From the human T2T-CHM13v2.0 reference genome, Homo sapiens, in NCBI RefSeq assembly GCF_009914755.1, contig NC_060935.1: a stretch of 64,000 nucleotides of DNA. One strand, given 5' to 3'. A program made the position numbers and the translations under genes. Positions 40,359 to 53,039 of this stretch are shown here, in pieces; within the stretch, counting starts at the first letter, position 1; every line of letters begins with the position of its first letter. A model generated the notes under the pieces. It saw only the letters and a list, made by a program, of their open reading frames with translations, was not told the origin of the DNA and did no database searches.

Positions 40359-41446
40359 GCATGTAAAGCCCCTGGCACTATGCCTGGCAAGTGATAGAAA
40401 CACAGAATATTAATTCCCTTTCATACCACATTGCATCATTACTATATTCCACAGCTCAGATTAATTACTTAGAATTCATTATAATAGCATGAGCCCTTTT
40501 GGCTAAGAATACATACCTTATTGTCCAGAATATGTGGGCAGTGATGTATTACACATGAGTGAATTCTTCAGATAACAGAAACTTAAACACCTTAAAGCTT
40601 TTTTATTTTAATTATGTTGATGGAAATGTTTCTAGAGGATATTTCACATCTTCCCACCTTCTTAAACAGAGACTATCAAATGCTATTTAATCCATAATAT
40701 TGATGCATTGGGACCACTGCTATGAGCATCTGCCACAGCTCTCTGTCGATCTCTAGGGCCATTGAGACGTCTGGCCTGTTTGTCCCTGCACTGAGTGACC
40801 CCGTAGGGACAGTTCTTCTCCTCGTGTCCTCAACAGTAGCCACTAGATATCAGCCCTCCACAGGTCAGTTTCTCATCATCAGAAATGAAGGATAGGAGAT
40901 TCAGGCTAAATCCAACACACTTCCTGAGTCGTTTTGGCTCTTACTGAAATCTTTGCTGATGGCAGCACCAGGGAAGACTCTGTTTTGATAGACTGCTACC
41001 ATAGTTCTAATCAGGGTGGAGTTTCTGGAGCCTTAAGCATAATGAACAGTTGAAGAATTTCAAAAGGTGGTTCATCTACTCACTACATTCTAAAGGAAGG
41101 CAATAAGAGGGAATCCTGACAAACAGCTTGGGGCCCATGTGAATGTCAGGGTGACGGACAGAATGTAATAATACTCTAGAACTGATGGACTCTCCTTCCA
41201 TACCTTTATTCCAGGCTCTCATCCCACTTCTTTCTCTCTGTCTTTCAACTTCTCTCCATCTGTGTGCTTCCATCTCTCCTCTCTGGGGCCCTATCTGTTC
41301 TTTTTCATCCTCTGATTCTCATCCTGTATCCTTCCTTCTTCTCCTCCTTCTCCTACAGGCTATAGTGTGGAGAGGAGAAGTTTTGAATGATCATTACTCA
41401 AGCTTACTCCAAAACAATTATTTCATTCTTCAAGTATTATGCTTCT

Positions 41447-42125
<679 letters not shown>

Positions 42126-42326
42126 CTTCTCTTTATCTTAAGTTCCTAAAAATCCAAATGGCAACAAAATGCCACAAAATTAAGTCATACCTTGCTTCTG
42201 TGAACACCTCTGATTTTTCCCCCAGAAAGTCAGTGATTGTCCATCAGAGAACCCCTTGGAGGCCAGGCTTCTGATTATAAAGTTCTCCAGATCTCTGATT
42301 GCTATGGACGGGTAACGGCCCACCTC

Positions 42327-42347
42327 GGAACTGTCCTGAGTGCTGAA
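42327..42347 (-). promoter_or_regulatory. RE1/NRSE-like motif
   Basis: Reverse complement TTCAGCACTCAGGACAGTTCC; one core mismatch (position 9, C>T), canonical spacing. Confidence 0.55.
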
Positions 42348-43152
42348 ATGGTGCCTGGTTGCAGCTGACATTCCTGTTCCTTCACTTAAGTGCTCTGCCG
42401 GAGCACTAGGTACATTAGTGTTTCCCTGCGTGGATGTTCCTAGCCATTTCTATGTGGAATGCCTGATCCAAGATTCCCACAGCCTCCTTGTTATGCCAGT
42501 GATAGATGCCCGTCTGCTCAGCTGGCCAGGATTTGGGGAGAAGTGTTTAGGCCAAGAACATATCATAACACTTTTCTGTAAAAATGACCTTTAGGCTATG
42601 ACAGCTAACCCTTTTGTGCTAGGCCCCAGATTGATCACACCAGAAGGCTGATTCCTGGTGGTGAACTCACCCCTCTGGGACCTGGCTTCAAGCCAAGATA
42701 GCTAGGTTCTAGCCTATGCTCACCACTTGCTAGTCACGGGGAATTGGGCAGCTAATTCTCCCTTTGGGGGCCTCAATCTTCCCATCTATGCAATGAGGCA
42801 CTGGGAAATACAATCTCTAAGATTCCAACCAACTAGGACATTCTGAGATTTTACATGTATGTGGCCCAGGAGGAGATTGAGTGGAATGAAGGAGAAAGAG
42901 CCCGCAGCAAGGAGTCAGGAGTCCTAGTTCCCAGTTCTGCCATTAAAGCTGTGTCATTCTAGGTCAGCCCCTTAGCCTCCCTAAGTCTCAATCTCCTTAT
43001 CTATAAGACTGGAAGGATATCACTGTCCTTCCCATTTCCTGATGTCATGGAGAGGCTCAGGTGAGATGGGGAAGCACTTGGTAAGGTACAGATAACTATA
43101 TGGTACTGGGGAATGGTTTCTTACAACAAGAGAGCATCAAAAAATTATTCCC

Positions 43153-43439
43153 AGCCAGGCTCGGTGGCTCATGCCAGTAATCCCAGCACTTTAGGAGGCC
43201 AAGGCGGGTGGATCACTTGAGGTGAGGAGATCGAGACCAGCCTGGCCAACATGGTGGAACCCCATCTCCACTAAAAATACAAAAATTAGCTGGGCATGGT
43301 GGCAGATGACTGTAATCCTAGCTACTTGGGAGGCTGAGGCAGGAGAATCACTTGAACCTCAGAGGCAGAGGTTGCAGTGAGCCAAGATCACACGGCTGCA
43401 CTCCAGCCTGGGCAACAGAGTGAGACTCAAAAAAAAAAA
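43153..43439 (+). mobile_element. Full-length AluS
   Basis: Complete dimer with polyA; degenerate TSD aaaattattccc / aaaatcagtccc. Confidence 0.97.
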
Positions 43440-43624
43440 TCAGTCCCTTCAGAGGGAACATGAGTTCAGCACCCTGTTGATCAAACAGTACCCACAGTTT
43501 AGTACCCTGTGGATCAAAGGACATAGTCTCTTTCCTATCTTCCTCCACTATTTCCCAGTGTGATGGAATCAATGAGCCAGGGTGATATCAGTCTCTACTG
43601 AGGACAAAATACCCCAAATGCCAG

Positions 43625-44300
43625 GTCTATTCCTTTATTCAGTAGGCAATTACTGACAGCCTTCTATTCTTGCTCTCACAAATCTTCTAATCTAGAAGAG
43701 GAGAGAGACAATAAGTTCCTAAATACCTAGGTGATACACCTTTCAAAAGTACTCACTGCTGGGAAGAAGACAAAGTGGAGGAGGAGGATGGAGAGGAACC
43801 GGGGGGGTTGTCGGTATGGGAAACCCTTAGCTCAATGCTGGGCACATGGTAACTGCCCAGTAACACAACCTGATAGGCAGGATTCTGGAGGATGCCTTGG
43901 TTGTTGAGGCAGCACACAGGAGAAGGACTTGGAGACCAAGCTGTGATAGCAGAGATAATTAGGAGTGAACCAGGAAAAGGCTGGAGGGAGAGTATTCCAG
44001 ACAATGAGCCAATGGCTGGGCAGGTGGCAGCTTGGTGCTAAGCTCTGGGAAGACTGCACTGGCACAGGGGGATAAATGGGAGAGGAAAAAAACTTTGGGA
44101 CAGAGAGGCCAATTAGGAAGAGGAGGCCACTGGAAGAGAGGTGACCATGCCTGAGGCAGTGACCATGGAGACAGGGAAGAGTGAGAATGTGGATGTTAAC
44201 AATGAGATCAAATCTGTAAGACTTAGAGATTCCGTGAGCCATAAGAGGGAATGTGTGGGCTGAAGGCAGCAGTAGGGCGATGGAAAGCCTGGCCAAGGGC
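43625..44300 (-). mobile_element. L2 LINE fragment
   Basis: ttattcagtaggcaattactga...gagaggccaattaggaagagg...ggcagtgaccatggagacaggga. Confidence 0.6.
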
Positions 44301-44690
44301 TTCTAGAACTTGAAGCTCACCATTTTTGGATGACATTCTGTGAACGAAGTGTTCTCTATGAGATACTAAGAGCAATATAGGGTAATCACTGGTGACAGAA
44401 ACATCTGCTCATGCAGGTTCATGTCAAAGTCCAGGGTTGAAGGAGAACCCCTCATCCCAGGTAATTCTTGCCCCTCTGCCATCCCAGCACCTGTGAACTA
44501 GAATCTGGAGCCCAGCTGTGTGCAGCTCCCACACCAAAAAGAGGCACAGACTCCAGAGCAGGAATTTCCCACTGATGGGGCAGAGGAGGGGTAGGATAAC
44601 TTCCTGCTGCCACCTTCCTCCTATTTCTGCTGGACTAGGGTCTGTCACTTTGGAATGAATGGTTCTGGTACAAGAGACCAGAAAAAGGAG

Positions 44691-45247
44691 TGTGTGAGAG
44701 ATTGCCTTTTCCCCAAATAGCCATACAAAGAAATATCCCATCCCTCATGTTTTTCTTGCAATATGATATTGGCTTCCATCAGGATGTGGGTCTACACTCC
44801 TTCCCTTTGAACTTTGAGTGACCTTTATAACTTTCTCAATCAATAGGTGTGGCAGAATTGATGCCCTATAACTTCTGAGTGTAGGTCATAAAAGGCAATG
44901 TGGCTCCCCCAGCTCTCTCCCTCTGTCAAGATGCTTTTCCTTGGAATCCAGCTGCCATGTTGTGAGAAAGCCCAGGGCACCGCAGAGACCACATGTGGGT
45001 GTTCCAGCCAACAGCCCCAGCTAGGTCCCCATGGAGAGCCCACACCAACCACCAGATATAAGGGTTCAGACTCCAGCCCACAGTCTTCAAGTCTTCCAGC
45101 TGCAGTCCCAGACATCATGAAACCATTCTGCTGTGACCTGTCAGAATTTCTGACCCCAGAAACTGTTGGAGATAATAAATAATTACTGTTGTTTTAATCC
45201 TCTAAATTTTGGGGTGATTTGTTATGCAGCAATCGATAACTAATACA
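44691..45247 (+). mobile_element. MaLR LTR, MLT1G-like
   Basis: gccatgttgtgagaaagccca...ccagacatcatg...ttgttttaatcctctaaattttggggtgatttgttatgcagcaatcgataactaataca. Confidence 0.85.
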
Positions 45248-46448
45248 AAGGATCACTAAGGTGACCCAGTGTGCTGGGGGGGAGGTTAACCCAGGCCTTA
45301 CACAGGGAAGGGCTTAGCCTCATATTATTATCATCTCTTTCTGGCTTCATCATCACTGTCACCACCTCCACCTCCACCACTACTTACAGAGCACCTACCT
45401 AGGCCAGGTTCTTGGCATTCAATTTCTATAACCTTTATACCAATCAAGTAGGTATGCTTCTCCAATTTTATAGAAGAGGAAACTGAGGCTTTGGGGCTTG
45501 TGTGGTTTGCCCAAGGACACACAGCTAGCCAGTGTTAAACCTAGAGACAGATTATTGAGATGCTCTGATAGTAGCTGACCTTCACTGAGCACTGACTATG
45601 AGCCATGCACGATGTTAAGCACTTTAGGTGCATTTGCCCACCTAACCATCCCTGCAGCCCTATGAGGTAGGTTAAGTTTTAGCCCATTTTATGGTTGAAG
45701 AAGCCGAGTCCAAAGCAGGTAGGTAACCTACCCAAGGATCCTCACCTAGATCTACCTGATCCCTCCCCCTGCTGGAAACCATTCCGCTATCTGGCTCCCT
45801 GTCCTTTAACAAGGCCCAGCAGGCAAAGGTAGGTGCTCCCTCTGCTCCCTCTCAGTGCTGGCCTCTGGTCGTTCTAGCCACGCAGCAGCAGGCAGCCCCG
45901 GGGTACCAGGATGGCAGCAAGGCGCGCCTGGGGCAGGGTGAGGAGCTGTGACCAGGACGACCTTGTAATCCCAGTGCTCCACCAGACAATAAATATCCCC
46001 ACATTAAGTGTTTAAGCTCTCCCAAAAGCTGCATCAGAGGGGCTTCCACGTCTCGGGCTGGAAAGCACTCTGGGCAGATTTATCCCTCCGCGAGGTCAGA
46101 CAGCCATTGTATTTCACCGTCGGGCCAACAAGGGCCCTCATCCTCTGGAATTATATTTCTATCAAATATTCATTTGTCTGGTTTATGGGCTCCTGAAGAC
46201 CGGGTCCACCGGCTCCTGCCAGCTGCATGCTTGCCTGGCTGTGCCAAGGCCCATTCTTTACCCTTTGCTCACAGCCCACTGGGTAGCAGAAGGGCCACCC
46301 CTTGAGGTCCGACTCCCCCACAGGGAAAGGATGAGGTCCCCTGAGCCCTCCTGTGGCTCTTTCCCTTCTCCAGGTCAACCCAGTGCTTAAGACTGGAAGC
46401 CACGGGAGCGGGAGAAGGTTGCAACCACTTCCCCAAAGCCGAGGGGCC

Positions 46449-46807
46449 TGTCGCAGGTGCTGGCTGCTCCGCCCAGAGGTACTGGCTGCTCATACCTGCA
46501 GCCCTTCTCTGAAGGACTGTCCTCAGCTGACAGGAGCTGCCTCACTCAGAGAAGGCTGGGAGGTTACCTCCCTGCACCCCAGAGGCAGCCCATAGCCAAT
46601 GACTGACTGTAGAACAGGGAAACCCTCTTGCCACCAGGCGGGACAAACTGTGTGATGCAATTCCTGCTCCATAGCTCTCTGTGGGACCACAGCCTTGCCT
46701 ACCTTCTTCTGCCTGTCCTCTTCTGTCCCCTAAGAGTCCTCCCTCGATAAACCACGTGTGTAAGGGTCACCAGCCAGGCTTTTCTTGAGGGAACTGAGCC
46801 CAAGACA
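46449..46807 (+). mobile_element. ERVL LTR, LTR16-like
   Basis: gaaggactgtcctcagctgacaggagctgcctc...ggcagcccatagccaatgactgact...gggaactgagcccaagaca. Confidence 0.75.
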
Positions 46808-47684
46808 GGACCTTAAGCCCAATGGCTCTTCATCCCACAACTTGGAGCTGATCTCCCGGAAAGCTTCTCACTCACACAGGAGAAATGGGGGGTGTCACAC
46901 CATGTGGACCCTAGGGAGACTCTCCCTCTAAACCTGCCAGAGGCAGCCCCCTGCCTCGTTGCCCATGTTACAGAAGTGGAAACGAAGGTGCAGTGACTTA
47001 TCCAGGGTCAGGTAGTTAGTCTGGGGAAGATCTTGGAATCAAGCCCAGGGCTATTTGACTCCAATCCGTTCTACCACACCAGAGTTTTCCCTAGAAGGAG
47101 TGCCCTGAGCCCCATGCTTTACCCAGTCCACCCTTTCAGGAGCAACTAAAATGCCACCTCTTGCAGGCAGCCTTCCCTGCTTACCTGTCAGACTTCATCA
47201 TGCACTCCTGTAGGCACAGCACATGTGCTTTCGTCTAGCTCTATCTTATTCCACCCTCAGTTACAGTTAGGAGTTTCTCCACTTTCTTTCATGGAAATGT
47301 CTTTATCCCCAAAACCGCAAACACTTATTTAGGGCTACAGAAGTGCCAAGAAGGCACCATCTGTGTAAGGAAATGTCATTTTCCTTAATAAAGGCAAATC
47401 CACATTCTCCAAGGTTAGACTGGAGGAAATTCTTCCCAGGGAGAGGGGGCCCCGTCTCTGACTTGCCTGGGCCCCCAGTTCGCACCTTCCCTTTGAGGCG
47501 TCTCTCTGATTACTGTTGCCATCACCATGCTGACTTCAAAGGACACTCATGAACCATGACACTTTGACCCAATCATGGACAAATGTCCTTCACATGTCCC
47601 CAGGCACCTAAGAGCTGGGACTGTTAGACCTGAGGTCAGGAATGGCACCTGCGAAATAAACACCAAGAGAATGATCACCCAGAT

Positions 47685-48114
47685 CAGTGTTCACTGTCTT
47701 CAGGCATCCCAGCACTACCACTAGCAGAATGTTGTGTACTCATGCCGTCCACATAATTATTGACTTAATATGTTTCTTTACATCAACTGCTTTTCTTAAC
47801 ACAGATCAGTTTATTTAAAAAGGAAAGTTTTCTCTTTCCTGCATTAGAAAACCGGAATCACGTTGCCCAAAAACCACCATGGCCCGAGAAGGCTGTGAAC
47901 CTGTGCTCTGCTTTCTTCATTAAAATGAAAGATCTCAAGGGCTCAAAAGGCCTTAAAGACATGCCAACCTCCACCAGAGACATTCTCCTACCAGGATCAG
48001 GATTGACAATGATTTCAAAAGTAAGTACCCTTCTTACTCACGATTCAGTGAGACTGATGCCAAGCCTGAGAGTGCCTGAGCTCATCTAGGGAACCCACAC
48101 TTTGAGAAACACTG
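47685..48114 (+). mobile_element. MER113 hAT-Charlie transposon
   Basis: Terminal inverted repeats cagtgtt / aacactg; internal ttatttaaaaaggaaag...gaaaaccggaatcacgttgcc...ttaaagacat. Confidence 0.8.
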
Positions 48115-49480
48115 ATCCCAATTACCTGGCTTACAGGGTCCGGGTCCAGCCTATTCAGCTTCAGCCTGTGACCCCCTAAAGCAGTCACTTCTCCCTCCTG
48201 GAGGGCAGTCATGTACCCCACTCATCCCTAATCCCTGCGTCTGGTATACAGCAGGTGCTCAGGAATGCTTGTAGAATGAGACTGAGGCTGAGGGAGATGT
48301 CAAAGAAGGCAGAGGAGAGGGGGCATTGAACAGCCTGGCATATGACTGGAATCTATGAATTTCTAGTCTGACAAAGGCTGATTTCTATTTATTTCCTTTC
48401 TTGCAGTAAGTAAAGCAGGCTTTCTTTGTGTTTGAATGGAATACACACACACTCAGCACCCTATTGTGAAAAAAATCAGGCTTTATTGTAAAAACAATTG
48501 TGCCAAATTTAAAGCAGAGATTAAAATTGAGGCCTGTTAAGTGTGGTCATTAATACATCAGGCTTTTTCTTCCAGTCAGGGAAGGAAGCTATGCCAGGCT
48601 GCCGCTGCTTGCTTTCCTGTGGGCCAAGGAGGCAGAGGCATAAGGATGCTCATAGGAGGGGCACTCAACAAGGCATCTGGGGGTCTCTGAGTCCTGGGGC
48701 TCAGAGCACCCTGGGCATAACATGGAAAACACAGGAACCCTACTTGCAAAAAAAAAAAAAAAGAGAGAGAGGAGATATGAGGATCTTTTTAGTCTTATGT
48801 ATAACACATTTATAGGCAAAGCCTCACAAATTTATCCATTTCAAATCACCTATGGTTATATATTTCACAAATCCCTTCTATTTTAAATGGAATGCATAAA
48901 ATTGAAGTTCACCTGGAAACAGGACTGAACAGCAGAGATTCCACCCTCCCCCTACTTCATCTGCCTTTTCTTCTCTAACCAACTATGAAGGCTGCAGCAG
49001 TCACCACCGACTTGGCCAAGCAGGGTGCAACCTTCTCTGCATCTATTGTCTTCTGTCATCCTGGCACTGGCTCTCTAAGGTTGATTCCATCATCCCTGTC
49101 TTCCAGGGGCACAGATGGTAGGTCAGCTGCCCAAGCTTCCAGAGCCTGAAGCAGTAGAGACAGGATTTGAACCCAGATCTGATTCCAAGGCCCACATTCC
49201 TCACGTGTCTTTCCCCTGCCTCCTGAGAATATGCTCCAGGAGACAAGGCCAGATCTTCAGTGACCAAGAGTGGGAAGGAAAGGGGGCTGAGTGAAGAAGG
49301 GAAGCCAAGAACACTCATGGTTTTGAGTGTGTTTTTTGTGCTCAGCCAGTGCTAAGTGCCAGGAACTTTGAAGTGAGAGATGTAGTCCTTGTCCATCAAA
49401 AACCATCTACAGAAAGACTGGGACTAATTTCTAAGCTTGTGCAAGACCACAGGTTATAGTCATGGGGGGAACTCACCCTC

Positions 49481-49745
49481 AGAAAGAGTAAAGGAGGGAA
49501 AGAGAGAGAGAGAGAAGGAAGAAGAGACAGAAGGAAGGAAGGGAGGGAGGGAGAGAGAGAGAGAAATGAAGGAAGGAAGGAAGGAAGGAAGGAAGGAAGG
49601 AAGGAAGGAAGGAAGGAAGGAAAGAAGGAAGGAAGGAAGGAAGAAAGAAAGAAAGAAGGAAAGAAAGAGAATGAAAGAAAGAAAGAAAGAGAAAGAAAGA
49701 AAGAAAGAAAGAAAGAAGGAAAGAAAGAAAGAGAACGAAAGAAAG

Positions 49746-49791
<46 letters not shown>

Positions 49792-49838
49792 GGGGGAGGG
49801 AGGGAGGGAAGGAAGGAAGGAGGGAGGAAGGAGAGGAA
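49481..49838 (+). repeat. Compound polypurine repeat (GA)n/(GGAA)n/(GAAA)n/(GGGA)n
   Basis: About 355 bp almost purely A/G. Confidence 0.98.
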
Positions 49839-49844
49839 CAATTG

Positions 49845-50790
49845 GAAAGGGCTCAGAAGTCACCCTGAAAGAGCTCCCAACAGCCAAAGTTGAAAGGACT
49901 TCAGCAACAAGATCAATAACAATATTGCTAAATTGTAACCCAAAGAATAAAAGAAATGCTCCTGAGTCCATACTGATATAAATAACTGAAGACATAAATA
50001 GGAGAGAAGACTTAACATCTTACACAAGGATTCTGAGAAATAAATGTAGAAGGAATGAGGGAAATAGAACAGCATAGTCAAAATTGCCACAGACAAGATC
50101 CATCGATGGATGCTAAAATTAGTGGGTGAAAGTTTGAGCAGAAACAAGATATGTGTGTAGTCTCAAAGTATCTCCTCCTAAATAAGGAGTAATTACAAAG
50201 GGAAGAATAGTAAGTTTATAATGGAGAATCCTAGCAGACACCACCTTAACCAAGAGAGGAAGGTTAACATCACTAGGTATGTATGACTAGTACATACCAA
50301 CATCACATATCCCCAGTACGATGCAGTTGTGCTGCACATTGCTCTATGGTATCTGTCCCAGGAACACGTAACCTCAATAGAACCATGAAGAAGCTCCAGA
50401 GAGACACAAACAGAAGAATACTCCACCGAAACAAAACTGACCAGTACCTTTCAAAATTGTCAAAGTCATAAAAGACAGTGGAACACTGAGAAACTCACTG
50501 ACTGGAAGATGTTAAGGAGACACTAAATGCATGCAATGTGATATCTTGGACCGGATCCTGAAACAGAAAAAGAACATTCGTGGGAAGACAAGTGAAATCT
50601 GAATAAATTCCAAAACTTAGTTAATAGTGAATAATATTGTAACAAGAGTCATTTCCTAATTTTTGATAAATGTTGTATGATTATGGAAGAGTTTAACATA
50701 AGGGGAAACTGGGTGAGGACTATATGGGAACTCTTTGACTAGCTTTGCAACTCTTCCATAAGTCTAAAATTAACTCCAAAAAAAGCCTTT
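49845..50790 (+). mobile_element. L1MC-type LINE-1 3' UTR
   Basis: gagtccatactgatataaataa...cctagcagacaccaccttaaccaag...ggggaaactgggtgagg...tttgcaactcttccataagtctaaaatta. Confidence 0.85.
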
Positions 50791-50798
50791 TTTAATGG

Positions 50799-51614
<816 letters not shown>

Positions 51615-52847
51615 CTATGCAAGTGGTCAAAAAAAAAAAAAAACCCTGATGGGATTGGCCTGGGTAGTCCCCAAAGTTCCTGCCAGCTGTGACACTCTTG
51701 ATGCTTTCGTTCTTCAAGGTAGAACTGCCTGACCCTTGATCCCCAAGAGTATCCCTGGGTACCTGCCCCAGAGCTTGCTGGGAGCTGCCAGGCTAACACA
51801 GCTCTCTGTGCAGGCTACGTTTCTACTCCTCAGCTGCCTTGCTCAATAATGGCTCAAAGTTTTCTCCTTTGGACCCCTTGGATCAGTACAGCCTGCAGTC
51901 AAAGGGCAGAGGATCCATGCTCCACCCATTCTCCCAAAGATGGAAGAGCTCAGCTGTCCACCAGCTGAGGACTCCACAAGGCTAGCCCCAAAATAACAGT
52001 AATCATAATTATAGCTCTCCTTTGTCGAAAGCCTATCAAATGACAGACTCATTGTCGAGCAATGGCTCAGAGAGGTTATGGGGCTTGCTCAAGGTCACAC
52101 AGTTTTCCAGCAGCTGAGGCAGAGTTCCAACCCAGGTGTCTGTGACTCAGAAAGCCCATGTCCCCAACAACAACGTCTTGCTGCCCCTCCAACAGCCTGC
52201 TCCCCACCCACCCTCCACCTCCCCTGCCATGCCCTCTCCCTGGCAAACCCCAGCTACATATGAAAATCCAAAGTTGCTCTTCCTGGGCCCCCTGACTGCA
52301 AAGCATCCAGATTTCAGTTGCCTTCACAAAAACACCGAGATTCGCTGGTGATAAAAATCCTCAGCCTTGAAACCAACTTAGGGAATTTAGAGAGCTTCTC
52401 ACCTCTCACAGGTGTTTTATTTGCCCCACTCTTCCTCCCAAGCCAGGCCTTTGGAAATGGCTGGCACTGCTGCAGCCTGCAGAGAAGGGGATCAGGGACA
52501 GACTCAGGCTGCAGAGTGGGCAGAGAATGGCTTCTGGCCATTTTGGACTTCAGGAATCTGATCACGAACTCAGGCGCCCATCAGCCAAAAATTCCCCTTC
52601 CACAAGGAAGGGAGACTGGGCATTTTGCCAAAGCGGGTCTGGGAATTATGAGACACAGCTTCTGCTTTTATAGGGACTTGGCCAGGGGCACTCTGCCATC
52701 TCTGTGGCCAGCCCAGGAGCCTTAGGCCTCACAATAACACAGCTCACCAGGGCCCAGACTCTAATAACAATTTCTAGAGCTTTTAAGGTCAAATGGCCCA
52801 GACTTCACCTGGGGCTTGAATTCCCACCAAATCTTTAAGGTTCTACC

Positions 52848-53039
52848 TGTGGGGGTCACAAACTCCAGTGCCTCCGAGTGTCAGGCAGGCAACCTAAAAG
52901 TATAAACCGGGCCTAGTGTGATACAAGGAGTGGTTAGGATGGCGGCAAGGAAAAACACACAGGCACCCCTTAAATATCACATATTTTTAAACACTGAGCC
53001 AACAACACAGATCTCAGACCACCAGTTTGTGGCCTCCTG
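52848..53039 (+). mobile_element. MER117-like hAT-Charlie transposon
   Basis: ggggtcacaaactccagtgcct...caggcaggcaac...; inverted end agtttgtggcctcctg. Confidence 0.7.

Noticed and set aside
49396-49995. ORFs of 199, 143 and 120 aa (F/L/S-rich and K/E/R-rich)
   Set aside because: Translations of the polypurine simple repeat, which lacks stop codons by composition.
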